A DNA stretch of 63,978 bases, counting the filler, from Chrysochromulina tobinii (Eukaryota), in assembly GCA_001275005.1 (NCBI GenBank). It is 11 parts of 11 records of this genome, joined end to end, with 100 filler letters (N's around TTAATTAATTAA, not from the genome) between each part and the next. Parts side by side here need not be neighbours in the genome. Positions count along the whole stretch, not along the records: positions 29,619 to 35,556 come from JWZX01000186.1; positions 35,657 to 39,420 come from JWZX01000188.1; positions 39,521 to 48,999 come from JWZX01000189.1; 8 more parts are not named here. One strand, given 5' to 3'. Of this stretch, positions 31,334-43,303 are shown in pieces. The notes under the pieces are model-generated. The model had not been told where the DNA came from and searched no databases. It was given only the letters and a program-made list of their open reading frames with translations. Made by a program: the position numbers and the translations under genes. How positions within the stretch are numbered: position 1 is the stretch's first letter; each line of letters opens with the position of its first letter.

Positions 31334-34300
31334 TCATGCTACCTGCGCGGCATCACCCTCAAGAGGCTGAACCTCTTCGACACGGTCAACCGCTCCCGCG
31401 CCTTCTCCGCCCCCTTCTTCTTCTTCTGCCGTCTCGTCGGCGGTGGCCGCAACGTCGCCCGCCACCATGTCCATGGCGCCCACAACCGCCATGGCCATGT
31501 CCGTGTTGCCCCCGCCAAAGCCAAACATGGTCTGCGCGATCGATACCGGGATCAAAAGGAGCGCGATGAACATGAGGTAGAGTGTCTCCATTGTTCCCCC
31601 TTCGCCCTTGAGGAACGTTTTCAACGGTGGGCAGACAAGATTGTCCCACCCCATTAAGATCATGGGAATGAACGCGCAATAAACCATGATGTCCGCCGCG
31701 CGCACGGCGAGCATCAGCGAGCCCTCGAGGTCAGAATCGGCCACCAAGCCAGCTACGAAGACGAGGAGACTCGCCAGGAACTCGCACCCGTAGACGGTAA
31801 TGGCTTGTCCGGATTTCAGATAATCCGAGGCAGTGTTGGCAGCGCACCATAGGAGGCTCAAAAACTGCGTGCAGAGGAGAGCAATCATGAGCCCCATGCC
31901 ACCATCCGAGGTCATCTTCCACGGATGGGCCTCGAGGAAGCCCGAGAATCCGCCCGCGAGGAGCTGCAGCCCCAACTGCACCGACAGGTAGTGGACGCCT
32001 CGACCGCCCTTGGCTTCGTCCACCCACATGGGCCCGCGCTCCAAGGCATCGCCCGGCCGTTCGTGAGTCTCACAGCAGTTGAGCCCCATGATCGAGATCT
32101 TCTTCTTTGAGTACTCGGCGTCAATGATGTGTTCTCTGTCACCTGAACCGTAGCCGAAAAGGTACATGATGCGCGTCGGCCAAAAGAAGGCGAATTCGAG
32201 GGCACGCTCCGTGCGCGCGGGCTCCTGCTTGTCCTCATCGGGCACGCCGAACTCGCCCTTGACGCGATGGCGCGCCTTGAAACCGACCTTCATCATCAAG
32301 CCAAACAGGGGATCGTCGCAGTCCTTGGGCGTCTCTGGCGGATCTGCGTCAGTCCAGATCATGGACATGTGCAGCCGCCGCAACTTCTCGAGCCGCCAGA
32401 CCTGATGTACGTACCAGAGCATGGTGAAGATGAAGACAACCCAAGCGAGGATGTAGTGCCATTGCTCCTCTTCACTGAAGGCATACTCGACACCAATCTG
32501 TGCGCCAATGACAGCGGTCGAGACGTTGATGAGGGCCGCCGCGAAGGTGACGCCGAGAATGTTTTGCACGTTGGGCACTCGGAGCATCGCCGGCAACTTC
32601 CGGAATTTAGGGGGCTTGGGCGGCGGCTTGGGCTTCGACGATGCGGCCGGCGGTAATGCCGTCGGCGCCGACTTAGCCGCGCGCTCTCGTAGGAGTGCTC
32701 GTGTTCCGAGAGGCGCCTTTGTCGGTGGTGGCATGAACACGATGGGAGGAGCCTTCCCCATCGTCGACAGCGATGGTATGGGCACGGGAGGAGCCTCCAC
32801 CGCCGCTGCTGCTTCCCATACATGCCGCTTCGGGACAGGCATACGCGACGAGATGAATTTCGTCGTCGTTACTTCGGTGATGGTTCGGACGGTGGTGGTC
32901 GTCGAAATGGCCACGTCCTCAGCCTCCTGCGGAGGCGAAGAAATTGGCGTAGAAGAAAGACTCCACACCTCGTCACCTTTTGGCATGCCCGTTGGCAACG
33001 GAGATGGCACGGGCTCTGGGCGCAACGGAGGCGAGGGAGGTGGCGAGACTGCATATGACTCGACCCTCGTTTGATCGGAGAGCGGCTTGGCGCTGGGAGC
33101 GACGCGAGAGCGTCTGAATAGGGTTACGGCGCGGCCAACACGGCCGAGGTGGCCGAAGAGCGAGAGGCGCTGGAAGGGGATACGAGACGAGATGAATGTC
33201 GTCGTCGTCGTCATCGGCGGCGATGCGGGCGGCAATGCCGGCGGCGTTCGTGTCGTCGTGGGAGGAGCTTTGGCGTTGGCGTGAAGAACCTCAGTGTGCT
33301 CTGAATGCTCTGCGCTCGCCGTCGTCCACGGGAGGAGCTCCGGTGAGGGCATAGGCGACGACGAGAAGGCGATGACAGCTGTGGAGATACCAATCTCGGT
33401 TTGCTCCTTCCTCGTTTGATTCGACAGCGGCTCGGCGCTGGGGGCGACGCGAGAGCGTCTGAATAGGGTGACGGCGCGGCCAGCACGGCCGAGGTGGCCG
33501 AAGAGCGAGAGGCGCTGGAAGAGGGTGCTGCTGCCCTTGTAGCTTTTGACGAAGTCTAAAAACTCCTCGAAGCTCATCTGACCGCTCATATCCAAGTCTG
33601 CGGCACTCACCATCTCCTTGACCTGTGATCTTGTCAGGCCCAGCTTGAGCATCTTGACCATTCTCGTAACTTCACTCGTTGATACGAAGCCGCTTCCGTC
33701 CTGATCAAACTGGTCGAAGATTCTGCGCGACTTGGCCATGAGCAGCGCCTTCGCCTTCCTCTCCTGCGGCGTTGCCGCCGCCTCCGCCGCCGCATCCTGC
33801 ACCAGCTGAGCTGCGTGGTAGGCATAGTACTTGCGGTTGGCATACATGTACCACCAGAAGAGGATCGCGTAGTGGCAGGCCGTGATGAAACAAATGACAG
33901 CTCCCACAGAGATGACCGTATCAACCAACGCGCCTCCGAGCATCAGGCTGACGTTCTCTTCCTCTTCCCCTTCTTCATCCTCATAAGAGACCGTCTCTGC
34001 GGCGATGTCGGGGGCGCTCGTCACCTCGAGGTTGAGGAACTCGCTCGTCGCGTTCGCGTCCGCGAAGACGGCGCTCAAGGCCTCCTCGACGGCGGCACTC
34101 ATGGACGAACCCGTGGTGACGATGGTGATCTCGACCCAAGCAGCCCCGATGGCGCCCTCAGAGGAGTCGGCGTCGCTGGCGAGCGCTTCAGAGAGGGCCC
34201 TGCCCACGAGCTGTTCCAGGGTGGACGTGGCATAGGCATTGGCAACCGTGGTGACCGCGCTGGGGTCCACGCCCGACTCGGCGGCGACCGAGGTCGAGAT

Positions 34301-35556
34301 GTCGGCCAGCCGGGCGTTCGTGAAGGCCTCGATTGGCTCCGCAGCAACGAAGCCGATCACCACCTGGTACGTCGGCGGTGGCGGCGGTGGCGCACGTCGA
34401 CGCCTGCTGAAGCCCAACCGACCCGTCGTGAAGCCGCCGCCGCCGCCATCGTCACCATCGGGATTAGGCGGCCCAAGCTTCGTGTAGTATGCGAGTCGCT
34501 GTGCCCCTCGCATTGCATTGCCCGCTCCTGACGGGCCGCCGCCTCCGGCGGCGGACGCGGCGGCGGACGCGCCAACGGACGCCCCCACTGCGGACTGGAT
34601 GGTGCCGGCGGACGCGGCCATGAGCGCACCGAGGGCTGCCATGCCTGGGTTTGTGACATTGACAAAGTCCTCGAGGCGCAAGCCGCCGAGGGCCGCATTG
34701 GGTCGTGGTGGGGGAGGAGCGGGTGCCGGGATGACCTGCCGCTGAGCGCCTTTGAGCCATGCATTGTCACATTGCGTGAGCGACTGGCCGGCGGCGTTGG
34801 TGATGGCGTTCTGGTGGGTGCCGGTGCTATTGGCCGCGGACATGGCCAGCATCGCGAGCAGCGCTGCGAACCGACCCTGGTCTGTGGTGGTGACCACTGT
34901 CGTGACTTGGACGAACGTGACACTCGCTGCGGATTGGTTTGACCCAACCTCGCCATTCACAGCGGCGATGCATTGCCAACTCAGTCGCCGCCTCGGCGCA
35001 GTCCATGGCAGATCACGGCTGAGTGCGCTGTCCGTTGACCACGGCAGATCACGGAGGCTGTGCTGCCCTTCGAGCACCGTAGCCTCCACCGTGGTGCCGC
35101 CGTTTGGCGTGATGCCGACATCCGCCGTCGTCACGGGCTCGAAAAAGGAAGGCACGAGATTCGGGTGGCGGTTCGCATGGTACGAGGGGATGCGCCGGTT
35201 GACAGCAAGCACCAGATGCAGCAGGCTTCTCGAGAGGCTGTCGAGGCTCGGGAGCTCGATGCGGCTGCCAAATGTGATGCTCGGGAGTTGGTCGAGGCCA
35301 AGACCCAAATATGGAAGAGACGTGCTCGGGAGTTGGTCGAGGCCTAGACGGCGGCCTGCCGTTGTGGCGTTGGTGGTGGCGGCAGGCGGGGCGGCCGGGG
35401 CGGTCGGGGCGGTCGGCGGAGGGGACGTGGGGCCAGGCGGGGTGGGAGGCGAGGGCGGCGGCGACGAGGGGGGCGGCGCGGTAGGCGAAGGCGGCGGCGG
35501 CGAAGGGGGCGAGGGCATCACTTGGAAGATTCCCTGGACGAGCTCCTTGGCGAGAA
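31334..35556 (-). CDS. Large multi-pass membrane protein: Pro-rich ectodomain, TM, EF-hand pair, C-terminal TM bundle; 5'-truncated
   Basis: EF loops DQDGSGFVSTSE and DLDMSGQMSFEE; several hydrophobic helices; internal 37-aa duplication FQRLSLFGHLGR...PLS(N/D)QTR. Confidence 0.8.
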
Positions 35557-35656
35557 NNNNNNNNNNNNNNNNNNNNNNNNNNNNNNNNNNNNNNNNNNNN
35601 TTAATTAATTAANNNNNNNNNNNNNNNNNNNNNNNNNNNNNNNNNNNNNNNNNNNN

Positions 35657-35851
35657 GCAAGGGCGGCATCGGTGGAGGCAGCGAGGCCGGTGGCAAGGGC
35701 GAGGGCGGCAGGGGCGGCGATGGGGGCGGCGGCAAGGGCGATGGAAAGGGTGGGGGCGGTGTGGGTGGCGGCATCGTGGGCAGTGGCGATGGCTGAGATG
35801 GAGGCAGCATGGGCGGCAATGGCGGCGATGAGGGTGGCGGTGGTGACTGTG

Positions 35852-35885
<34 letters not shown>

Positions 35886-36125
35886 TCGCGGTGGCGAGGG
35901 CGGCGGCGGTGAGGACGGTGGCGGTGATGAGGACGGCGGGACATTCACCGATGTGTGCGGCAGCAGCGGCAGCAGCGAGCTGCTGCTGCTATCATTGGCC
36001 GGTATGATTTCAGCCTCGACGACATTCGCGCTGGGGCCGCTGCCGGCGCGTGCAAGCAGTATGGCTGCAGCAGCCAGCACCGCTAGCGCCGTCGCAGGCG
36101 GCCGGCTGGCCGCTTGCAGCTGCAT
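35657..36125 (-). CDS. N-terminus of a secreted/membrane Pro-rich protein (3'-truncated by gap)
   Basis: Hydrophobic ALAVLAAAAILLA followed by SPPPP repeats. Confidence 0.6.
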
Positions 36126-36258
36126 GCTCGTCCAGTCCGTGGTGGCGTTCTGTTCTCGCACCTCCGTGGTTCAGTCCAGGACAAATCTATAGAGGCTCGA
36201 AAACCTGCTTTTGGGGCTACTTTGGAAGTCCCAGCGCACCACCGACTTACCGGACAAT

Positions 36259-36427
36259 AGACACCGGGGGGAGCCGTAGAGCCGGGACACAAACGGGACA
36301 CACGGGATACACGGATCACACAGACTCACCGGTTCCCCCGGGTGTGTGTCTTTGAATCGGTTAGAAACGTAGAAACACACAGGGGGAAGCCACACACGGT
36401 TCACACAAGGGATACACACAAATGGCT
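36259..36427 (+). repeat. Dispersed repeat family, copy C
   Basis: AGACACCGGGGGGAGCCG...GCCGGGACACAAACGGGACACACGGG...ACACAAATGGC; the end motif CAAATGGC is shared with the diverged copy at 24382-24450. Confidence 0.75.
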
Positions 36428-36435
36428 ACGTGCCC

Positions 36436-38154
36436 ATGGCAGCTCTTCCGCCGGGCTGGCAGGAGGTCGTGAGCGCCGAGGGCGAGACTTTCTACTTCAA
36501 CGTGGCGACGGGCACCTCGCAATGGGAGGCGCCAGCGACGTCGGCTCCGGCATCGATACCATCAGCAACCACTCACTCAGCGCCCTTGGCGATGGTGGAG
36601 CAGCTGCAACGGCCCGCTTGCGTCGGCTACCCACGGGGCATCGTGCGCGGCACGATCTACGCGTTCAGAGGCGGTGCTGGCTTTGGGCTGTACGACAAAT
36701 GGGGCGACGAGCCGAGGGGCCTTTGCTTCGTGGCCAAGTTCGAGTACAGCCACAACAATCCCAACCCCGGCACCAAGTTCGGCAGCTTCGACAAGGCGCG
36801 CACGGCAGCGATCCACAGTCTACTCAGCGCGTGCTCTGGCGAGGAGCGCGCCTCGGTGCAAGCGGTTCTCGACAGCAACCAGCGCGAAGCTGCAGCGGCA
36901 GTAGCTCGCGCCAAGATGGAGCATGACGAGGCTGACGCGAAGCGGCGCGCCCTGGCAGAGGCGCGAGCGGCGGAGCATCGCATGGCCGTGGAGGCGATGG
37001 AAAGACAGCGGTTGGCGGACGAAGCGCAGCGCTTGGCGATTGAGGAGGCGCAGATGGCCGCGGCGGCCAAGCAGCGCGACGAGGCTGCAGCGGCGGAGGA
37101 GGAGCGTACGAGGCAGGAGGCTGCGGCCGCGCTCGTATTGCGTGACTGGCTAACGGCCGGCTATCTTCGGCGTCAGGTCTGCCTTATGGCCGACGACGCG
37201 CTCAACTCGCGGTTGCGTGCGGCGGCGGCGGAAGAGGCGGCGGAGGCGGCAGCCGAGGCCAGGCGGCGCGCGGAAGCTAATGCTCCGGCATTTGCTGCGA
37301 TTGTGGCTGAGGCGTGCGTGGACGAGCTCCTGCGTGCATGGGTTGTCGAGGCAATGGCCACGTGGCGCTGCGGGAAGAGTGGTCAGCGCTCTGCCGAAGC
37401 CAAGCGCACGCGGCGGCGGGCGGCGAAGCGGCGACGCTCCAGCCTCAAGAACGGCGCCAACGGCGTTGATGTCGCATCGGGCGGCGACAGCGCAGAGGCG
37501 TGCAGCAGCGATGCCGCGGGGCGCGAGGCGGCGCTCCTGCATCGCGCCCTCACGGCCGAGCGCGCGCTCAAGGATCGTACCGAGGTGCTCGCGCTCACAC
37601 GCAGGCAGCTGCGACGGGAGACGAAGACAACGAAGGCACGCTTGCGGCAGGGCGCGCGACGCGAATCAAAGGCGGGCAAAAAGCTCAGCCGACAGCTATT
37701 CGCGAAGCAAGCTCGCGCGGTGGCCGGGGCGGCGCGGCGCGAGACAGTTCGCGTGCGCAAGCGAAAGCAGCCAGAGGGGGAGATCTTGCACTCGAGCGAG
37801 CGCAAGCACCAGCGACTACTCGCCGAGAGCGGCGGCGGCAACGGCTTGGCATGCAGTGGACATGACAGCGGAAGAGACCACAGCATCGGCGGCAAGGGCG
37901 GCGGCAAGGGCGGCGGCAAGGGCAGCGGCAAGGGCGGCGGCAAGGGCGACGGCAAGGGCGGCGGCAAGGGCGGCGGCAAGGACGATGGCAAGGGCGACGG
38001 CAAGGGTGGCGGCAAGGGTGGCGGCAAGGGCGACGGCAAAGGCGGCCGCGAGGGCGACGGCAAGGGTGGCGCCAAGGGCGGCGGCAAGGGCGGCGGCAAG
38101 GGCGGCGGCAAGGGCGGCGGCAAAGGCGGCAACCATAGTCGGGCATCTTACTAA
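36436..38154 (+). CDS. WW-domain protein with coiled coil and C-terminal (GGKG)n repeat
   Basis: LPPGWQEVVSAEGETFYFNVATGTSQWEAP; GGCAAGGGCGGC tandem array at ~37888-38130. Confidence 0.8.
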   Translation: MAALPPGWQEVVSAEGETFYFNVATGTSQWEAPATSAPASIPSATTHSAPLAMVEQLQRPACVGYPRGIVRGTIYAFRGGAGFGLYDKWGDEPRGLCFVAKFEYSHNNPNPGTKFGSFDKARTAAIHSLLSACSGEERASVQAVLDSNQREAAAAVARAKMEHDEADAKRRALAEARAAEHRMAVEAMERQRLADEAQRLAIEEAQMAAAAKQRDEAAAAEEERTRQEAAAALVLRDWLTAGYLRRQVCLMADDALNSRLRAAAAEEAAEAAAEARRRAEANAPAFAAIVAEACVDELLRAWVVEAMATWRCGKSGQRSAEAKRTRRRAAKRRRSSLKNGANGVDVASGGDSAEACSSDAAGREAALLHRALTAERALKDRTEVLALTRRQLRRETKTTKARLRQGARRESKAGKKLSRQLFAKQARAVAGAARRETVRVRKRKQPEGEILHSSERKHQRLLAESGGGNGLACSGHDSGRDHSIGGKGGGKGGGKGSGKGGGKGDGKGGGKGGGKDDGKGDGKGGGKGGGKGDGKGGREGDGKGGAKGGGKGGGKGGGKGGGKGGNHSRASY

Positions 38155-38918
38155 CGTTCAACGGCACGCGCTAATCTACTTGTCCAAGAGGTTAATGCTG
38201 CTTGCCCCACTCCCCCGGGGACCTCGAACCAGCCGCGCACCACACCGACTGCTGGTGAGTGTGGCTTACTAATTTGGCGACGGTGGCTTCGAGCTGCTAG
38301 TCACGATGGGGGAATCACTCACCGGGCCGCGCCGCAATAGTGGCTGCGCTTGGGCTGGTGCCACAGTAGTGGCGCCGGCTGCCCTGCCCTCATCAATGTG
38401 GCGAGACCGGAATACCGGTAGACGGCCTGAGAGCCTCCCCTCCCTTTGTGGAGCGACAGCATATTGCGGGAGGATTGGTCTATACCGGGCGACGCCGCAT
38501 GGTGTGTGCCACAGCAGTGGGACCGCCTGCTGCCTGCGTCAGCGCGAGTCACAACAGTGGCACGTGTGCAGGTGGCAAGAGTGCGGAACGCGTAACGACC
38601 AGACGTCGGTCGGCGCGCATGCGGCGAGGCCTGCGTGTGCGCTTGAGATATGGGCTAGCCCCGGGGAAAGCCCGGCCTGCAGAAGTAGGGAGTAGTGTCC
38701 CGAACCTGTGTAGGAGCGGAGTGCGCCACGCTTGCACCACAATAGTGGAGCAAGACAGTGAGTGCCTGCCCGCGTCACAACAGTGATGCCATGGGCCCGT
38801 GGGATGTGTGTGTGCCTTTGAGGAGGGGGTTACAGTCGGTACGGGGCGGACCACAGGGCGCGAGGGGCTCTAGCCTGTCCTGTCTGTGTCCGCGTTCGTA
38901 AACACACACCTGCCGACC

Positions 38919-39420
38919 ATGCCCGACCTCCAAACCGTCGCCCGCAAATCCGCCTTTCTCGCCCACAAAGGCGAGTGGCGGCAAGCCTTTCGAGCCAACA
39001 CCCCGTCACCCGCCGCCGACCCGCGCCTCGATGACTCCAAGCGCGCCCTCATCGCCCTCAACCCGCAAACCACCCCGCGTCCCCTCACCGCCGCCGACGT
39101 CGCCGACGAACCCGGCAAGGCGCCGCTCCGCGCCACCGCCCGCGATATCGAGAAAGCCGCCCGCGGCCTTCGCGACATCTGCGCGAGTGGCACCCTCCCC
39201 ATGGACAACAGGGTCATCAAAGCCATGCTCCGGCACGGCGCCCTCCAATCCACCACCACCTGGGTGAACGCCGTCCTCTCCGATACCGCCCACCCCATCT
39301 TCCACAGCGTCCTCGCCGGAGCCACGCGCGCCGGCTTGCTGCAGAAGGTGTGCGCCACCACCGGCGCCTTCAAAGGCTGGCGGCCGCTCGGCATCCGCGA
39401 AAAGCTCGCCTGCCTCGTGT
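38919..39420 (+). mobile_element. Non-LTR retrotransposon (CRE/SLACS-like) RT N-terminal fragment, cut by gap
   Basis: GEWRQAFRA...LIALNP...ASGTLP...WVNAVL...LLQK...GWRPLGIREKL resembles RT motifs 0-2 (K...RPI.I.E.L) of early-branching LINEs. Confidence 0.65.
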
Positions 39421-39520
39421 NNNNNNNNNNNNNNNNNNNNNNNNNNNNNNNNNNNNNNNNNNNNTTAATTAATTAANNNNNNNNNNNNNNNNNNNNNNNN
39501 NNNNNNNNNNNNNNNNNNNN

Positions 39521-41066
39521 GATGACGTTTGAGACCTTGGCCCACACAAATAGGAACGTACCCGTGGCGGAGTGCACGGCCGTCTCGCCGGCCGTCTTGA
39601 GCGAATCCATGGCGCCCCGGATCTTCTCGATGGCCTCGATGTTGGCGGCGGCATCAAGGCGTTCCGCCAAGATCGCTGATGCCTCTGCGAACGAGCAGTG
39701 GCCGTAGACGGCTGCCTTGACGACGGCACTGGCCGCGTTATACATCGGATCCGTGAAGTCGATCTGCACGCCCTGAACAGGTGCACAGGCGAGGCCGACG
39801 ATGGCGTCGACGACGGGCCGGGTGAACTGCATTGCCAGCTCGTGCGTCATGGAGTGGGCCACCGTCGGTGACGACCCCAACTTCTTCTTCTCAAAAATTT
39901 CCGCGTTCTTGTTAAGCTCAACGATCAGCGGGCACGCTGCAGCCACATGATTGGCCGGCAAGATGGTGTCCTTGCAGTGCGGGCAGACCGCGTCGACGGT
40001 GTAGAGGTTGCTCCCGACGATGGCGAGCATCTTGATTCCCGCCGGAAGTGGCGCGAGCAAGACGAACGTGTACATGGCCACGCGCCGTGCGAAAGGCAGG
40101 ACCGTCGGATCGAAGTGAGGCTCATTGTGCGCGTAGTCGGTCGAACGATAGAACTCCGGCGGTCTGTTGGAGACCTTGGCTAACACGAATAGGAACATAC
40201 CCGTGACGGAGTGCACGGCCGTCTCGCCTGCCGACTTGAGCGAATCCATGGCCGCGAGCAGTACGACTGGCAGTGCCGTCGGGCCGCCTTGCGGCTCGTT
40301 GTGCGCGCAGTCGGTCGAACGAAAGAAGTACTCCGCTCGGGGGGAAAGGGGCCTGGGCACAGCACCGGAGAATGCCCCGAACGTCGCGGGCACGATTATA
40401 ATAGGCGAGACTGCCGATGCCCGACGGAAAAGAAAGGGGCCGACGGAAATGTGAAGCCCCCGCTTGACGCCACCTTCTCGAGTACTTGAAGAGAAAGAAC
40501 GCGCGCGAACGAACGATGCCGATCGAGTGGGGCAAGTACGCAGAGCCAATTCGGGGGCACCTTGTCGCCCCGGGTCTCGTACGCATCGACCGCGCCGAGC
40601 ATGGGGACGCGCGGGCTTGCCCTGTTCCCCTCCATAAAATCGACCACACGCGGAAGCCCAGCATAAGCGCGTGAGGGACTCGCTTTCGCGACCGGGGGGA
40701 GCGCCTCGGCCATGCGCAGATGACCGAGGGCAAGAGCGAGGACGAAGGTGCGAGCACTCGGGCCCCAGCACCACTCAGCTCTCATCAGAGAGCCAGACGA
40801 GAATGCGACCATCGTTCGAGAATCTCCTCAACGAGGTGTATGCACCCAGCCCGTGCCTGCCGTTGGAATTAAATCGGGATGCGCATCAAACCGTTTCGAG
40901 ACTCCCTTGAGTCCGAAACGTGAGCAGCAAACCTCCCGGTATGCGTCCGCACGGCCCCCATATGTCCAATACCCCTTCCCCCTGGTTGGGCCCCTGTGGT
41001 AGCTCTGCCAACAGTCTCATCACACGTTGAGTTCACGGCCGCTTAACTGTTGGGGTCAAGCGGCAG
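39521..41066 (-). mobile_element. Putative retroelement 5' end with gag-like ORF (DIRS/Ngaro-like), internally rearranged
   Basis: CCHC-like CPHCKDTILPANHVAAAC; duplicated MDSLK(S/T)AGETAVHS.TG.FLFV.AKVS and RSTD.AHNEP blocks; terminal hairpin repeated at 16148-16231. Confidence 0.45.
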
Positions 41067-41154
41067 CCGGTCTAGTCTCGAGGGGGTATTCACAGTGCAC
41101 TGCGCACACCTCTGGGATGTCGGACTTTTTCCGCTGGCTTCGCGTTCTGACGCC

Positions 41155-43079
41155 ATGCTCTTCCGTATGAGCATCATCCAGGCACTTGCCTTTTCGCTGC
41201 CGGAGCCGAAGGGTCCGGAGCCGAAGGGTCCGGGCGCAGGCCCATGGCAGCACGAACAACCGGAAAAGTACGGTAAGTCTGACTGTGGCAGGCCACCACC
41301 AGGACTCAGAGGCGTCGTCACGTGATAATCTGCTGTGTGCTGTGCGCGCGCACAGGACTATCCTCTCTTCGGCTCGAGGAGGCCGCCGAAGCCGTCGGTC
41401 GGATTCGCGAGAGATATTGCTTTCTGGTCTTCAAGGGTGGGGCGCTGATCCATGAGACTTACTATCACAACACGAGCGAGACACTGTATGAGACGGACTC
41501 CCTTGCCAAGACGATGATTGCACAACTCGTGGGTGTGGCAGTGACGCGCGGCTATCTCGACCTGGATGTTCCCGTCGTGCGGTATGGTGTCAACACGAGC
41601 ATTGCGGGCCGGTGGTCCGACGTACTCAACACGAGGCATCTGCTGGCGCAGAGCTCGGGTCTAGGCCGGGTGCCGCCGGGCGACTACTTTACGTACGACA
41701 GCGACGCGTTCATCCAGCTGCTCTCCACGATCCTGGGCAAGGTCGTGCCCGGAGGGAACGTGCTCGAGTGGGCGACGGAAGTCTTCGCGGTTCCGCTGGG
41801 CATCCCCGACGTCTTCGCAAACGACACGTACATTGGCGGAGGCAACATCTCCGCGGGCGGCGGTCAGCAGATGAGCTGCCGACAGGTGGGCCGCATCGGC
41901 CAGCTTCTCCTGAACCACGGCAGCTGGCGAGCCAAGCCTGGCGAGCCAGCCATCCAGCTCTACAGCGAGGCGTACGCGGAGGCCATGGCCACCCCACAAT
42001 TCCCGGTTTGGGGCACGAGCTACGGCTTGTTGACCTGGCTCAATCTGGCTCAATCTGGCTCAATCTGGCTCAATCTGGCGGGAGCCTCGCCTGCCTTCTG
42101 CTGCGCGCCGCGCTGGTGCCAGTCCCAGCAGCGCAGCCCTTTCCTAGGATTCGACACCCACCAGCTGCATGGCATCGTCGGCTGCGATATTGAGTACTCC
42201 GCCAGCAATTCGGGTCCTCTCGAATCGCAACCCCGAGGGCCGCTCGTCAAGGCGCCGCCGTCGGCGTTGATCTCGTACGGCTTCCAAGCGCGCGTGATGT
42301 ACGTCGATCCAGAGTCCGAGTTGGTTGTGGTCACGATGGGTCAGACGGAGGGCAACTCGCTCTGGGACGGCGGCTGCTCGTATGACGAGGGCTACACGAT
42401 CACACTGATGGTGCAGGCGTGGCAGAACGCCACGACGCCCGATCCCGCGCTGAAGCAAGCGTACGATGCAGCAACAGCCGGGAGAGTGGCGGGCTCGGCG
42501 GCGGACTCGGCGGCGGACTCGGCGGCGGGCTCGGCGGCGGGCTCGGCGGCGGGGCGGGTGGGAGAGTGGGCGCACGAGCGCCATGGCGAGCGCTCAAGCA
42601 CCGCCGCTGCGCGCACGACAGCGGCGCGGTCACCCTCCTCGCGGCCGGCGCAGCTGGGGAAGCAGGCTCCACCGACCGGGTCGTGCTTTTGCTTCTGCCC
42701 TCCGGGGGAAGGCTTCGGCACGTGTGCCAACGTCTACGACAACAGCACGCACTGCGACCCGAGCAAGCTGCCGGTATCGCTCCCACACCCGATTGAAGTG
42801 TGCCCCGCGACCGGCCTGGTGCAGCAGTGCGGCGGCTTCTTCCACTCCAAGAGCCCGAATCCGAGCTGCTTCCAGTGGGTCGACCAATCCTACTTCGACT
42901 GCGACGTGATCGAGCCATGCCCACAAGGCCATCTGCACCCACTGGACAGGCAAGTGTGCTCGTGTCGCCCGAAGCCGCAGAGCTTGTTCCAGCAATGCAT
43001 CTACCAACCCTTGAGCTGCGAAGAGACGGGATCCGCCAACGGACACCGCAAGAGGGTGGCCTCCTTTGCTCGAGTTTGA
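41155..43079 (+). CDS. Beta-lactamase/transpeptidase-fold serine hydrolase with Cys-rich C-terminus; intron 41273-41355
   Basis: SxxK (DSLAKT), LDLDVPV, RHLLAQSSG, PGDYFTYDS, VFAVPLGI, SYGLLTWLN; the GTAAGT...CACAG intron restores frame. Confidence 0.85.
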
Positions 43080-43303
43080 GACACTCTGCTTCAGCAGACT
43101 ACTACCACTGTACCTATCTAAGCCATACTACCGCTGAGCAAACAAAATAGCATGACGCTGAGCAAACAAAAAAAACGTAACGGGTCGTGTTAACGTTCAC
43201 ACGGATCTTCACACGGTACCGGTACTGTACCCGGTACTATAGGACGGGTCCTCCCGACGAGTGCACAGGCTCGATCGCGGCACCCCCCTCCGTCCGCGCA
43301 ACG

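Noticed and set aside
38200..38270. tRNA or SINE (GGTTCGA on the minus strand)
   Set aside because: No cloverleaf or A-box could be built.
40890..41030. Hammerhead ribozyme (TGATGAG...GAAAC on the minus strand)
   Set aside because: Lacks the CUGA core and stems I/III; the GAAAC is paired in a local hairpin.
41155..43079. Antibiotic-resistance beta-lactamase or bacterial contamination
   Set aside because: Has a spliceosomal intron and host-like composition; the fold is shared by many esterases and peptidases.
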